Translations under genes and position numbers: made by a program
Notes under the pieces: model-generated
Database searches by the model: none
Seen by the model: only the letters and a program-made list of their open reading frames with translations
Told to the model about the DNA's origin: nothing
Assembly: GCF_964213995.1 (NCBI RefSeq)
Contig: NC_135802.1
Location: 99,572,001-99,636,000, forward strand
DNA length: 64,000 nt
Direction: 5' to 3'
DNA from: Mustelus asterias
Lineage: Eukaryota
Part shown: in pieces, positions 12,204-24,700 of the stretch
Position numbering within the stretch: position 1 is the stretch's first letter
Layout: the number at the start of each line of letters is the position of its first letter

Positions 12204-15200
12204 TGAGTGTGTTTATAATGCGACCATATGACTAATTTATTTATAACTTGTTGCCCTAATAGTTTAAAATTAGTCTGTGCTTGTTTCTGAAAGCCACTTC
12301 TCATTTGAGTATTTGAGATATGATTCCTAAGTGTTGAGATTTTGCTAGTGCCAGTTTGGGATAGTGTATACCACTGCTTACACTGGGTGATACAGATGGG
12401 TTTTAAGTATATATAAAACGCAGCAGCAATGTTGCTGCTTATATCGGTTTCTCTTACTAAGAAAGGATTCTGCTCCACTCCAAGGAGCCTAGTAGAAGGG
12501 TAATGAACTATTTGTGGAAAAAGTTCAATTTAGTGTGCTATTGTTGTGGTAGTAATATTCCAGGGTTTCTCAGTGCTTTGCTTCAGAGTACTTTGTAAAC
12601 CATTAGAAATGGATGTAATGTTTACCATTGATATTCAAGGGCTGTGTCTAACTTTTCTTCCCTCACATGCATGGGATTCCTCTACATTTATAGCACTTAT
12701 TATAGGTCTGAACGCCAATTTGCCTTTTTAAAAAAAAAAGCTTAGATTAAAGTCAACTTCTATTTGTAGAAAAAATGGAAATGTTTTTGGTCAAGACTTT
12801 TTTTTTGTTTTATTGTAACAGGCACATTGCATCATGTGAAAAGAATGACCAGAACTAAAGTTAAAATCAGAGCCATAATGGCAGAGAGGAGGCCGTTCAG
12901 CCCATGCCCACTGCAGCTCCTGGTACAACAATCCACTTAGTCCCATTCCCCCCACACTATCCCCATAGCCCTGCAAGCTTATTTCTCTCGTGTCCATCCA
13001 GTTTCCTTTTGAAAATCGTTGATAGTCTGCTCTTCCTCCACCTTCGTGGGCAGTGAATTCTAGGTTATTACCAAACTGTGTCCCATCGTCCTTGGTAAAT
13101 CTCAAGGACCCTTTGCATGCTTCCTAAAGTGTGGTGACTAGAACAGGATGCAATACTCTAGCTGTGGCCAAGCAGAGCTTTATAAAGGTTCAACCTAAAT
13201 TCTCTGCTTTTGTACTCTTTTTATGAAGCTCAGAATCTGATATGCCTTTCTAATTACTCTCTCAATATATTCTGCTGACTTCAAAGATCTATGCACCCAA
13301 ACGCGCAGGTCCCTGCACACTTTTCAGAACTATGTCATTAAGTCTACATTTCCTCCCCTATTTCTTCTGCCAGCATCACGTCACTTAGACCTGTATTAAA
13401 TTCTACCTGCTGTCTGCTCATTCTGCTAGCTTATTATGTGCTGTTGCAAGTTAATTGGCACTATCCTAAACTTTGCCATGTTTGCTTTCATAGGCAATTT
13501 TGGAATTTTACTCTGCACTCCAAAATCCAAGTGTCATTAATTTGGGATGGGTTTAATCCTTTTACGACTCACCAGTTAACATCCGTTTAGCCTCATTTCA
13601 GGTCCAAATCTAGTTGTGTACCGTTTTATTTATAAACACACATACCTGTAATCCTTTGACTAAACTCCTATACTTACAACTACTTGAAAAGGTAACTCAT
13701 CATAGAATGAAGTTTCCACTGTTCAGTAATTATTTTGCTTTTTCTTTGTTGCTTCCCCTCCTGTCATGAAGACACACTCTGAGGTATGATTCAGCATATA
13801 CTGGGCATTCTCCTCTACCACGACCAAGTGATCATTGACTGTGTGAGAGTCTTAAGTAGTGATGCCTAGAAACTATTAGATTGTGGGAGGACATTCCTCC
13901 TCCTCCTCCTCCTCCCCGGGAGTTTACAATGTTCACAATCTCTGAGATTGTGCTATATCAAATAGTCTCTTCACCTACTAGGCCATTGAGTGAGTTAATT
14001 TAGAGGTTCAGTAAAATTTCACTTACCAAAAGTTTGGCTAATGTGCACAGTTAACTGTTCAAGACATTATTCTACACTCCATAGTCACCCCGGATGTTAC
14101 AGTTGTTTTTTACTCCCATTTAATGGGACTGCATTTGGATAATGAGAGGCTGTAATGTAATTGAAAAATATTTTGGGCTCTACTTTGGTAGCTGATATTG
14201 CATTGCCACTTCTAATCAGTGTAAATGTTGACACATGAAACTATATTGATTGGATAGTGTTGTGTTTTGATTACATTTTTTTTTGCTGTATCTGACTGAC
14301 CTATGGATATATTTTCTAAATGGTTCTGAATTGCTGCCATGAAGGATTGTACTGAAACCTGTATGAGGGTAATAACAAGAAAATGTCTAACATTTACTTT
14401 GCACTTTGGGGAAATAAAACAATAAAAACTGAAATGCCTTTTGAATGCAAATTGGATTTGTGTTGTGTGAGGAAGATTTCGATCTCTGAAAGTGAAAAAC
14501 TGCAGCTAATAAAAGTACAGAGATACCGGTAAATGAAGTGCCATTTTAGAGTTTCTGACACCTCCTGCTTGTATCATTGGCAGTAACTTGCCATTAGTTT
14601 AAGTTGACCTGGCTTGCAACTCTTGCTGAGCAGCTGGAGGTTGTTCACCATGGTTTGATCTGGCTGGAAGCTGTGGTTGGATTCTGCAGGTGAATGGACA
14701 CTGTGGGGAGGTCTTGGTGTGCAGAGGTGGCGCACCTACTGCTGAACCAGAAGCTCTGGGTTCGAGTCCAACGCTATGAACTGTTGGCCAATGCGGTTCA
14801 CAATGCGGTTCAACGACTCATCATCAGCTTAGGAATTCTTTCACCACTTCCCCCACTATTCCCCAAAAGGGAAAAACAGTGTCGGTGTGAAGATGCACTT
14901 AAAAATGGACATTGTCGGCAGGCAGTTAATAGTTTCATTGCTCTCTCTGGCAGTTGTGAAAACTTGATGCAGATGAGAATAAGGTGTTGGGCTATAAAAC
15001 TATATTCACCTTCGAGAAAGAATAACCAATGAAATTCATATTTTAAATCAAGAGGCAACTTCATTTTCCTATGTTTGCAAATGTTATCAGACATTTGAAG
15101 GACATCAGTCACACCTAATTTCTGACTAAAATAAAAGTGTAGGACTATAAGTGACTAGATACTGTCCAATATAAAAGTAACAAAAACAAAACAATGTGGT

Positions 15201-16382
15201 TACAATTTTGTGTTCTGAAGTTCATTGGTGCTTCCCCCCCCCCCCCCCCTCAACTTCCTCACCACTAAAATCAAATAGGGTGATTCTAATGATTGAAACC
15301 TGGTTTAAAGTTTAACACTGCAATCGAGCCCATTTTTTTGAAGTTACTCTGATGATTTGAACATGCTCTGAAGATTATGGATACAGAATTTTTTTTGAAG
15401 TACAGTAGGATCAGAATAATTGAAATAGCCTAGCATCAATTTGAAACAAGAAACTAAATTTAAGCACTGCTCTTGAGGGAACAGGATATGATAATGTTCA
15501 GTCTCAGTAACTGAGATGCTCATAATGGCGCCTCGGACTAAATGTTTCCCAAGTGCTGTTTTAATAAGGCTGTATTACGTCTTTGTGCAGCATTGGTGAA
15601 ATTAGGAATGTGGCCACGTTTGTGTAAATTGCCTGCGGTATTTCATGATTTTGGGAGTTACAAAATTGAGGTTCATTTGAGATGCTGGAAATCAAACTTG
15701 GGCTTTCCAAAATGTCTGACCAACTTAAAGATTTGTTTACATTGTTCCATATCCATCTTATACTGTTAGTATTTGGCTTCTGGAATCAACAAATAACGAG
15801 GGGGGACGCCAAAGTCTCATTAAACCACTTGGATGCATTATAAACTGTCAATCATAGCAAATGCATGTTATTGCAACATTGGAAATAAAGAGAAAGCCTT
15901 AATGGCTATTGTGATCATGAAAGTGAAGTAATACTGACATCCCAAAAACAGAAACTGTAGTGACATTGCGATTTACAGTGTTTAGGAGTGCTGCTCTATT
16001 TTTAATGGGTTGTTATACATAACAACGCACTTTGTAGTGTGATTTACTATGTCAGTTCACAGGCTGTCAGAATAACTCAATGCATAATCAAATCATGAAT
16101 GATCATTAGCTGCATTTAATAGGGTTGGTTTTGGTCTGTGATCATTGCACACTTCAATAGGAAATATTGATATGTCCACTAACTAGAGTTCACACAAATG
16201 AGGGTATTATCATGAGTGAATTCCTGTCTGTCAATTCAATTATTTATAATCTAAAGCACATAAAACTACTGTTTCACTGTTCTTTGTTTGAGTATGCTTC
16301 TAGACTATATTATTAGGAGCATTTTAAATGGATCAGGCTTTCTCATTTCTCGACTAGCAAGTTAATTTTTAACTAAAATTGA

Positions 16383-16553
<171 letters not shown>

Positions 16554-16744
16554 TAATCTCATCTAATTTCATCAATTCCTATTACAGCCTGGTCATGAGT
16601 GATTGTGGGCCATTCCAGAGGGAGAGGGAGTGTGTGTGGGGGGGGCGGGGGGGGTGGAAAGAAGACATAATGACAATAGATGCCGGGCACCACCAGGAGG
16701 AAATGCCACTTGATCCATCAGAAGTCATTCTTCCATGTGGCATG

Positions 16745-16961
16745 ATGTGGAGATGCCAGCATTGGACTGGAGTGGGCACAGTAAGAAGTCTCTCAACACC
16801 AGGTTAAAGTCCAACAGGTTTATTTGGAATCACACGCTTTTGGAGCGCTGTTCCTTCATCAGGTGAGTGATTCACCTGATGAAGGAGCAACACTCCGAAA
16901 GCTTGTGATTCTAAATAAACCTGTTGGACTTTAACCTGGTGTTGAGAGACTTCTTACTGTG
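16745..16961. mobile_element. Family A palindromic hammerhead element in a UBE2E intron
   Basis: Same arms as 679-891. Imperfect 13-bp TSD TCCATG(TG/CA)GCATG at 16732-16744 and 16962-16974. Confidence 0.8.
16872..16908 (+). ncRNA. Minimal type I hammerhead ribozyme motif
   Basis: TCAC-CTGATGA-A-GGAG(CAACA)CTCC-GAA-AGCT-T-GTGA. Stem I TCAC/GTGA, stem II GGAG/CTCC, palindromic AGCT in place of stem III. Confidence 0.7.
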
Positions 16962-18018
16962 TCCATGCAGCATGTGCACTCCATTCTACCAGACTCTATC
17001 CCACTTAATTGATCTCTTCAGGGGAAGTTTTTAATTTCTTAATCTCCTAAATTAATCAAGAAAAATGCAAGCATATTGTTCTGCTTATGCATTTGTGAAT
17101 ACTGAACAATAGGCTACCAGATAGCTGCTGAGTAGGGGAGTGTGCTCCAGTGTTTTGTGTGTGTGTGTGCCTATGGGGGGCGGGGGGAGGGTGCTGTTAT
17201 GCAGGTTCATAACTGATTTCCTGTATAATTGCTTAAAAAAAACAGGTATGGGTAGAAAAAGATAATTGGAAAGTCCTGAATTATTCAAGACACCGTATTG
17301 CCAGATGTCTGAGAAACAGATCTCTTCTGAGTATTGATGTGTGGGGATTTGTACTAGAAGGAGACTTTGGAAAGGAAAATAAAATAATCAAAAACATATA
17401 GCAACAAAATAAGGATTGAGTTCTTCTAAATATCTCATTAGTGTTTATAAAAAATACTTTATCACTTGACATATATGATGATGATAGGATTTGTAGCTTG
17501 TTTAAAGTGTTGACAATTTTTATTAAGTGAGTCTTAAACAAGTATTAAACTCTAGCTATCGATTATACTTGTAGAATATTATGCCATTTGTTTAATTTAC
17601 ACAATCACATTTAGCTGCTGTAAATTTGCCGTCTAAGTTGAGATAGCTGTGAGAGCATGGCAGTGGACTGTCTCTCTGTCCTTTGCCAAAAGATACTATC
17701 AGTTGAGATTTCTGCCCTGGGTTACTATGCAGTATTATCTGTGAATGTGTGTTGCTATGGTCATTAAATGAGGACACAATTGAACTTTATGATTGGTCAC
17801 ACAGTTAAATAGGCAATTAGCAATCAAATGTGAGGCCAGTAAATGAGGTACGATCACATTCATTGCCACTTATGTGGAGTTGCACAGCTGCAAGCAACTA
17901 CTTCAAGACTGTGATTGTGGCAAGACAAATGGGAACTAGAGAAAAAGAAACTGGAATGTTATAACTCGTATCTTATCCTACAGTAAACTGGTAATCAATA
18001 TTTTCTGTTTCATTGCAG

Positions 18019-18116
18019 CGGACCCTCTGGTTGGGAGCATAGCCACGCAGTATATGACTAACAGGGCTGAACATGACAAAATAGCAAGACAGTGGACCAA
18101 GAAATACGCCACATAA
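18019..18116 (+). CDS. UBE2E: UBE2E-family last coding exon
   Basis: TTTCATTGCAG acceptor. Translates (A)[31 protein letters not shown] followed by TAA. Confidence 0.97.
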
Positions 18117-20190
18117 ACTGGATGGTTACCAGTCCTACCGACATTTGTCTCCGATGGAAATGAGCTGCTTCTCGTTGAATTGAAAAGGGGAATGGGTTGG
18201 GGTGGAGGGGACGGGAGGGGAATGGGACAAGCATTCCTATAACAGGTTTTAAATGCAACAGTCTTTTATTTGCATAAGTCTAGTCAGAACTCTTGATGAG
18301 CTTTGTTATTGTAGCTTAAACAATAAACTATTGATATCTGACAGTAGATAGGAAATTCACGTGGAAAAGGTTGAAGAATATGACGTGATGGGTCACGCAC
18401 GATCCAGATTTGTTACTGAAATATTAAGTGATACCTCTTTGCTGGTTTAAGTTTTAGTTGTCTGTGTTCACTGTGTATGGTCAAAGTTTGAAAATGCTTG
18501 TAATGTCAGCCAACTTGCAGGGGTTGAAACTGTTGAAAAACGTAAGGGAAAACCATGCTAGAGACTTGCAGCATTTTTTAAAACCCGAGTAGAATGATGA
18601 CCAGATACAACAGAATTGTCTTTATTCAGGGAATAAGGAATGAATTGGCAGAATATTTGTAATTACAGGGAACAGGTTTTATTTTGCAGGGAGCGTGGGA
18701 GTGAAACCCAAAATCCTTTTAAGTAACTGTTTTGCCTTATTTGAATTTAGAGTCTCAATTCAGTGTATTTTTGTGGGTTATGTAATAGGGCAGTTTTTTT
18801 TTTACTTTAATATTATACAGCATTAGGTCCTGCTTAAAATTTACAAAATGATCAAACATGTAATCTTTAAAACAAATTGATTGAGGGCTTTAAGCCCCTG
18901 ATGGTTTCAAATTTTACAATTACCTGTTTCAAAACACAGTAGTGTCAGTGGTCATGCTTTAGTCAGATGAGAGTATTGTATTAAAATATCTATGGCTGCT
19001 TTTTTGATGCAGAGAATTCTCAGACTGCATCTTAATTTTGATGTTTTGTTAAGACTTTAGACAATATTAGGACTTAAGGATGAGCTGTTCAAAATACTTT
19101 TTAAGTTCCATCAGTTATTGTTAAGACTTCATTGGCCCCTTTCATATTACAAATTCAAAGAATGTTGATCTCTACCAAAGTTGTACAGCCACTGGTCTGT
19201 AACCACTGTAATTACTACCGTTTTCTTTGGAAAATTGATCTTAGAATGTCAGTTTGTCAGATACCACATATTGTAATTAAAAACACTGATCATGAAACTT
19301 TATTTAATGAGCAATAGTTGAAAAATCACAATAGATTTTATTTAGTTTTGGTTTGTCCGTGAAATGTCCATGAATGAAACCTGTTTGTGGCAATGGATGG
19401 GGATGTTCAGCTTTTGTACAAAGCAGTGTGGGGTTCCTGCTGTCACTAGATGTTTTTGTATGACTGTGTGCATTAAGTTGACAAAGACCTAATCAAAACA
19501 GTAAACGATTGAGCTTCTGCGACTTTTAGTTGTACAAGTAAAGGATTGGTATGTTTCCTGTATTGATTCAAAATAACTTTTCACACTTGTATATTGACGT
19601 GCATATCCCAAAGCTGACTAAGAGTTTATGGATTCAGATTTGGAAATGAGCATTGAGGTATAATGCACCTAGATGTAAATATGAAGAGGGCAGCTAACTG
19701 ACCAACAAATCGGTGTCCTCACCCCAATTCTCTCCCTGGCTTTAGAATTGTTGCTCCAACAGCCTAGCAATATATAAATGCAGCAACTGGTATAACATTA
19801 TGCCATTACAAATCAGAAGATGACAAGTTCAATCCAAATTGATGCTAAGGTGACTGATGTCAGTGGGCAAGTGACAGGAGACCTCCTCATTTCATGAGGC
19901 AGGCAAGAGGAAAATTAGCCCGGGTTCGGCACCTACTTGTTATCTTGTAATCCCTGCTAGAAAATGCATGTCTGCGGACATTGGGTATGATCAGAATTGG
20001 ATTCAGCTGTGGTACTTTTTATATTTATATCAGGTATTACTGTCTGCTGACATAGTTGGAACCATGCCCAGCAATCAAAGTTAATATTTTTTGGCGATTC
20101 ATTTACAAGTTCAAACTTCCATAGAAAGAGAAGTAAACACGTAAGCATGAGATGCATGCTGCTTATATTTATAGTAATGTAAATAAACTA
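18117..20190 (+). promoter_or_regulatory. Probable UBE2E 3'UTR with candidate poly(A) signals
   Basis: AT/U-rich, largely repeat-free sequence after the stop codon. AATAAA at 18322-18327 and 20182-20187. The true 3' end cannot be determined from sequence. Confidence 0.5.
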
Positions 20191-22149
20191 TATTCGGACA
20201 ATAAGATTTGACCCTTCAAGTTATAGACAGTTATCAATGGGTCGTGTTTATAATTAAGAAAGTTTAAAGTTGTGCTTAGACTCGAGTCTTTTAGCAGCTT
20301 AATATTTTAAATGCATATTATGCAATTAATGTTTTTTTCATTGAATTGGAAAAATCAACACAAGTATGTTTATCTCCTGCACACTGCAACTCAATCTAAG
20401 CTTACTTGCCCATCTGTGCAAGTTTTTATGTACATAAATTATATTAATATCTCAGGAAGCCAAAACCAGACTTGCTGGAGCTGCCCTGTTGCGCCTCTTG
20501 AATACTTTCATTGTCTATACCAGCTGAAGATCACCCAGGTTCTGAAATGATTCTCAAGTGATTCCCTCAGAGCTGTTGTCTGCCTGGAGCTATTTGGAAT
20601 CTCTCTCGGAATGAAACCAGAGGAAACCAAGCAGAAAATGAAAGTCCAACCTCAAGCATAGAGTGGAAATAATTAGAATCTCTGGCTGCAGGAAATATAT
20701 ATGTTTTATAATAGCTGAAAACCTTTTTAGAAGAAATGGTGTATGGAACATGGATGCTCTCATTTACAGATAGTTGTTCCCTTTCAGACCGTGTTTCCTA
20801 TTCAGTTGATCATTTTCAGGATTTACTTTATTTGCTTCTGTAGCTTTTGCTGCTGATTTGGGATATTTAAAATTCTAAAAAATACATTGCAGTACAAGTG
20901 ATACAGCATTGGTTACTTGAGCTCCGAATTTCATTTCATTTTTAATGGATTGAAATACGTTGGCTTTTAACACCAATGTAGAGATTACTTGGATCTAAAA
21001 TCACATTCATATAAGGAGGACCTGATATTGCCCTAACCAGCATATCTAATGAAGGACCCTGATACTCATGGTCTGAAAAATGTTAATAGCTAAGTGTTGA
21101 ATTTCTTTAGTAGCATTCAAAGTACTCTCAATTTCAAAAATATCTTAATTTTATATTTAGAAGCAAATATTATTCAGAGCCTTCCTTAAATCTGTTGTTT
21201 TACAGCTTTTCCATTGTCTCAAAGTACATCTATCTAATTGTTAACTGAAGAGAACTGATTCCCACCTTTTGTCCATATGAACTGGCTACCAAAGATGGAA
21301 AAATTGTTTGTTTTTCTGTTTTCCCTGTCTCCCAAGTAATCTCTACATTCTCCTTGACATCAAAGCTAGCAGTGAATAAACTTAATCTGGGCAACCATAA
21401 ATAAAAGGTGATTGGGAGGTTTTACTGAGAGCCGATTTGGTAGAGAACAGGGTAAATGTCAAATTCCCTCCCCTAATGTTAATCAATTTGAGGCCCAGGC
21501 TATTTTAATCCTCGGGTATTCAACAGGTTGAAACAAATAGCTGAGAGACTGTCTGCAGCTGCAGGTCAGCTGGCACTCATAAATTCCAGGTGGGAAGTTT
21601 CAGAAGGATTTCGTGGATGGGAAAAGATCCCCCCCCCCCCCCCTCCCCCGAAGACATGAATAAAACTGAATACATTTTCCGAGGCAATTTTAACTGTGTG
21701 GTTGTCCTAGTCCTATTGGGTGGGTTGGTTAAAATTATGTCTATGAACCTAAATGGATTACCATCCATTACTCTCCAACCAATAGCAGAGAAATAGGAAA
21801 CAATCTGTTCATATGCTGCACAAATTCTACAAATTAACTGTTATGTATATGTGTTTTGCAATGGCTTTAACTTCTCCCCTCCACTCTGTTGCCTGCGGGG
21901 GGGAAGAGTTACCTTTGACTGACTAACATTGGAAACTGTTTTGATGAAATAATGATCAAAACTGATACGTACCAACACTCAGATGCCTCAATGCAGTGTA
22001 ACATTTTTGTTTTTTGAATGACTCGTTGTTCCTTGATTATTTTGAAATAAGATGGAGTTAATTAGCAATCTTGTAGTAAAGAATTCTGTGGCGAAGAATG
22101 ACTAAGATGCAAGAACTTTGTGTGTTTTCAAGTGATGTGAATAAGCTTT

Positions 22150-24700
22150 GAATTTAAACAATTATAAGGAACAAAATAGAAGTGGATTGGAAATTAAATT
22201 AAAAGATGTGACAGCAGGTAACAAAGACAAACATTTACAGAAATAATTCTTGATGAATGTACATTTCCTCGAAGAATAAAAACTTCACTGGAAAAGTGGT
22301 AAAACAATTAGAAGTTGAGGATGGTATTAGATTAAAAGAAGAAGCTTAAAATATTGCTGAAAGACGAGTAAGCCTAAGAATTTGGAAGTGTTTCTCAAAT
22401 CGACAAAGGATAACCAAGAAATTGGTAAGAGGGAGAAATAGAATGAGAATCATAGAAATTTACAGTAATGTAGGAGGCCATTTTGCCCATTGGGCCTGCT
22501 GGACAATAAACTAATGCCACTTTCCAGCTCTTGGTCCAAAGCCATGTAGGTTACAGCACTTCAAGTGCCTATCCATGTGTTTTTCAAATGTCTCTGCCTC
22601 AACCACCTTTATGGGCATTTAGTTCCAGACACACAACACCATCTGAGTGAAATAATTTCCCATCAACTTCTCTCTAATCCTTCTGCCAGTTATTTTAAAT
22701 CTATGCTCCCAGCTTATTGACCTTTGCACTAATTGAAATGTATCTTTCTTATCTGTTATCTAAACCCCTCAATGTTCATTTAAATTTTCCTCTTTTCCAA
22801 AGAAAACCAATTTTAGTCTACCCAGGCATTCCTGATTACAAAGATTTTCCAGTAGTGGCAACATCCTGGTCAATCATCTCTGTACCTACCCCTGATGTAA
22901 TCACATCCCTCCTGCAATGTGGCCATAATAACTATGTAATATTCTAGCTGTGGCATAATTAGTGTTTTATACAATTCCAACATAATCTCCCTGCTCTTGT
23001 ATTAAATGCCTTGGCTAATAAACGTATTCTGTATGACACCTTAATTTCCTTGTCTACCTATCTTGCTACATGCTGAGATCTTTGACATGCATTCCAAGTT
23101 CTCTACTCTGTTCCTCTATGCTAATCAGTATCTTGCCTATGTTTTTTGTATTCCCTGGCTTTATTTGCCCTCCCCGAATGCATTACCACACACTTCTTCT
23201 CTAGACAGAATTCCATTTGCCACTTTTGTACCCACTTGACCAGCCATTGATATCTTTCTGCAGTCTGCAGCTTTCTTCCTCTCCTTCAATTATGCAACTA
23301 ATTTTCGTATCATCTGCAACTTTCCTGATTATGCCCTCGAAGTCTAAATTATTAATGTATATGCACCATAAAAATCAGTTGATTTAGTCCGAAGGGACCC
23401 TACCAAGAGACAAAAAAATCCTTGGCTGAGCCTATTTTGGATCTATCTTGCCCTTGGATCCAACAGGCCCAGTATGACGGGGGGCTTTTTCAAAAGCCTT
23501 GCTACATCAAAGGTTGTTAACATTACTTGATAACGCTTCAAAAAAAATTAATCCAATTGGTAGGATTTGACCTTTCTTTAATAAATCCATGCTGACTATC
23601 TTTGAGAAATCCATAATTCTCTAAATAACTAACCTTGTCGCTCAGATTTTTTTCCAATAGTCTGCTAGCCCCCTATATCTGCTTGCAGGATCTTGTCCCT
23701 CTTTCTACCTATATCATTGGGATCGATATGGACCACAACTGTGGCTATTTGCCCCCTTCCCCCTCCCCCCTTCCCCCTTCCCCCTCCCCCCTTCCCCTTC
23801 CCCCCTTCCCCTTCCCCTTCCCCCTCCCCCTTCCCCTCCCCCTCATTGTTCTGTAGCAGCTCAGTGGTATCCTTAATCCTGACAGCAGGGAGGCAAGATA
23901 CCATCCTGGGATCTCATTTGTTGCCACAGATATTTGTTCTTCAATTTAGACTCAATTCTAAATGTTAGAGCAATTGTCAAGGAATAGCCATATTGGTAAA
24001 AAGGACTAATTCATTTAGAATACAAATGAGGTTTACTGGACAATAAAGATTGATACTGAAAAGGCATGGTACGATATCAAAGTTATTTATGGGTCAATCT
24101 GTCTTTCCCATAAATTTCAGGACTGCTGGGGTCTTTTCTAGATCCCTTGAACCTGGTCTCTTGACTTGTGACGCCCTCCCAAGATTTTAGCTTGGCCAAC
24201 TTGAACTTAAGTTGGCCTTTGCAACTTTAAGATTTGCACTGTATTGGATCCTTTTCTAACCTATAACTTGCAGTCCATCTTAACTGCTGAAACTTCCTGT
24301 CCATTTCATCCACCTTAACTGCTTAAGTTACATAGTTCACAGCTGAGTTTTCTCACTCTCTTTGTCTCAGCTCATGACAAATACTATTGACTGCGATTCA
24401 GAAGTACATACCAATTAAAGAACTAGATGCATTCTGGACTCCTGCATTATCTGCTGGTGGCACACATTCCCTTTCTGCTTGTTAATTAAGCTTCCAATTG
24501 ACCATCTCCTGAACCTTGCTATCAGTTCTTGGTCTCATAGATGCCCTGCGGTGATGTCAGCAGCTGCTCAAGATCTGGAGTCTGAGCTTCTTCAGCTGGT
24601 GGCACCTTACGTACACGTCCTGGCGTTCCCACAGGGTATATGACATGTATTCAACAGGACTGAGGTGCCCAGATATGTGACCTTAAGATCACTATCTAAA
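22150..24700 (-). mobile_element. Cluster of old CR1 fragments, including an ORF1 esterase remnant (23665-23930) with a (CCCCTT/CCCCCT)n microsatellite at 23752-23842
   Basis: MVSCLPAVRIKDTTELLQN...VVVHIDPNDIGRKRDKILQ resembles the CR1 ORF1 SGNH esterase. Decayed RT and tail sequence at 22450-23640. Confidence 0.65.
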
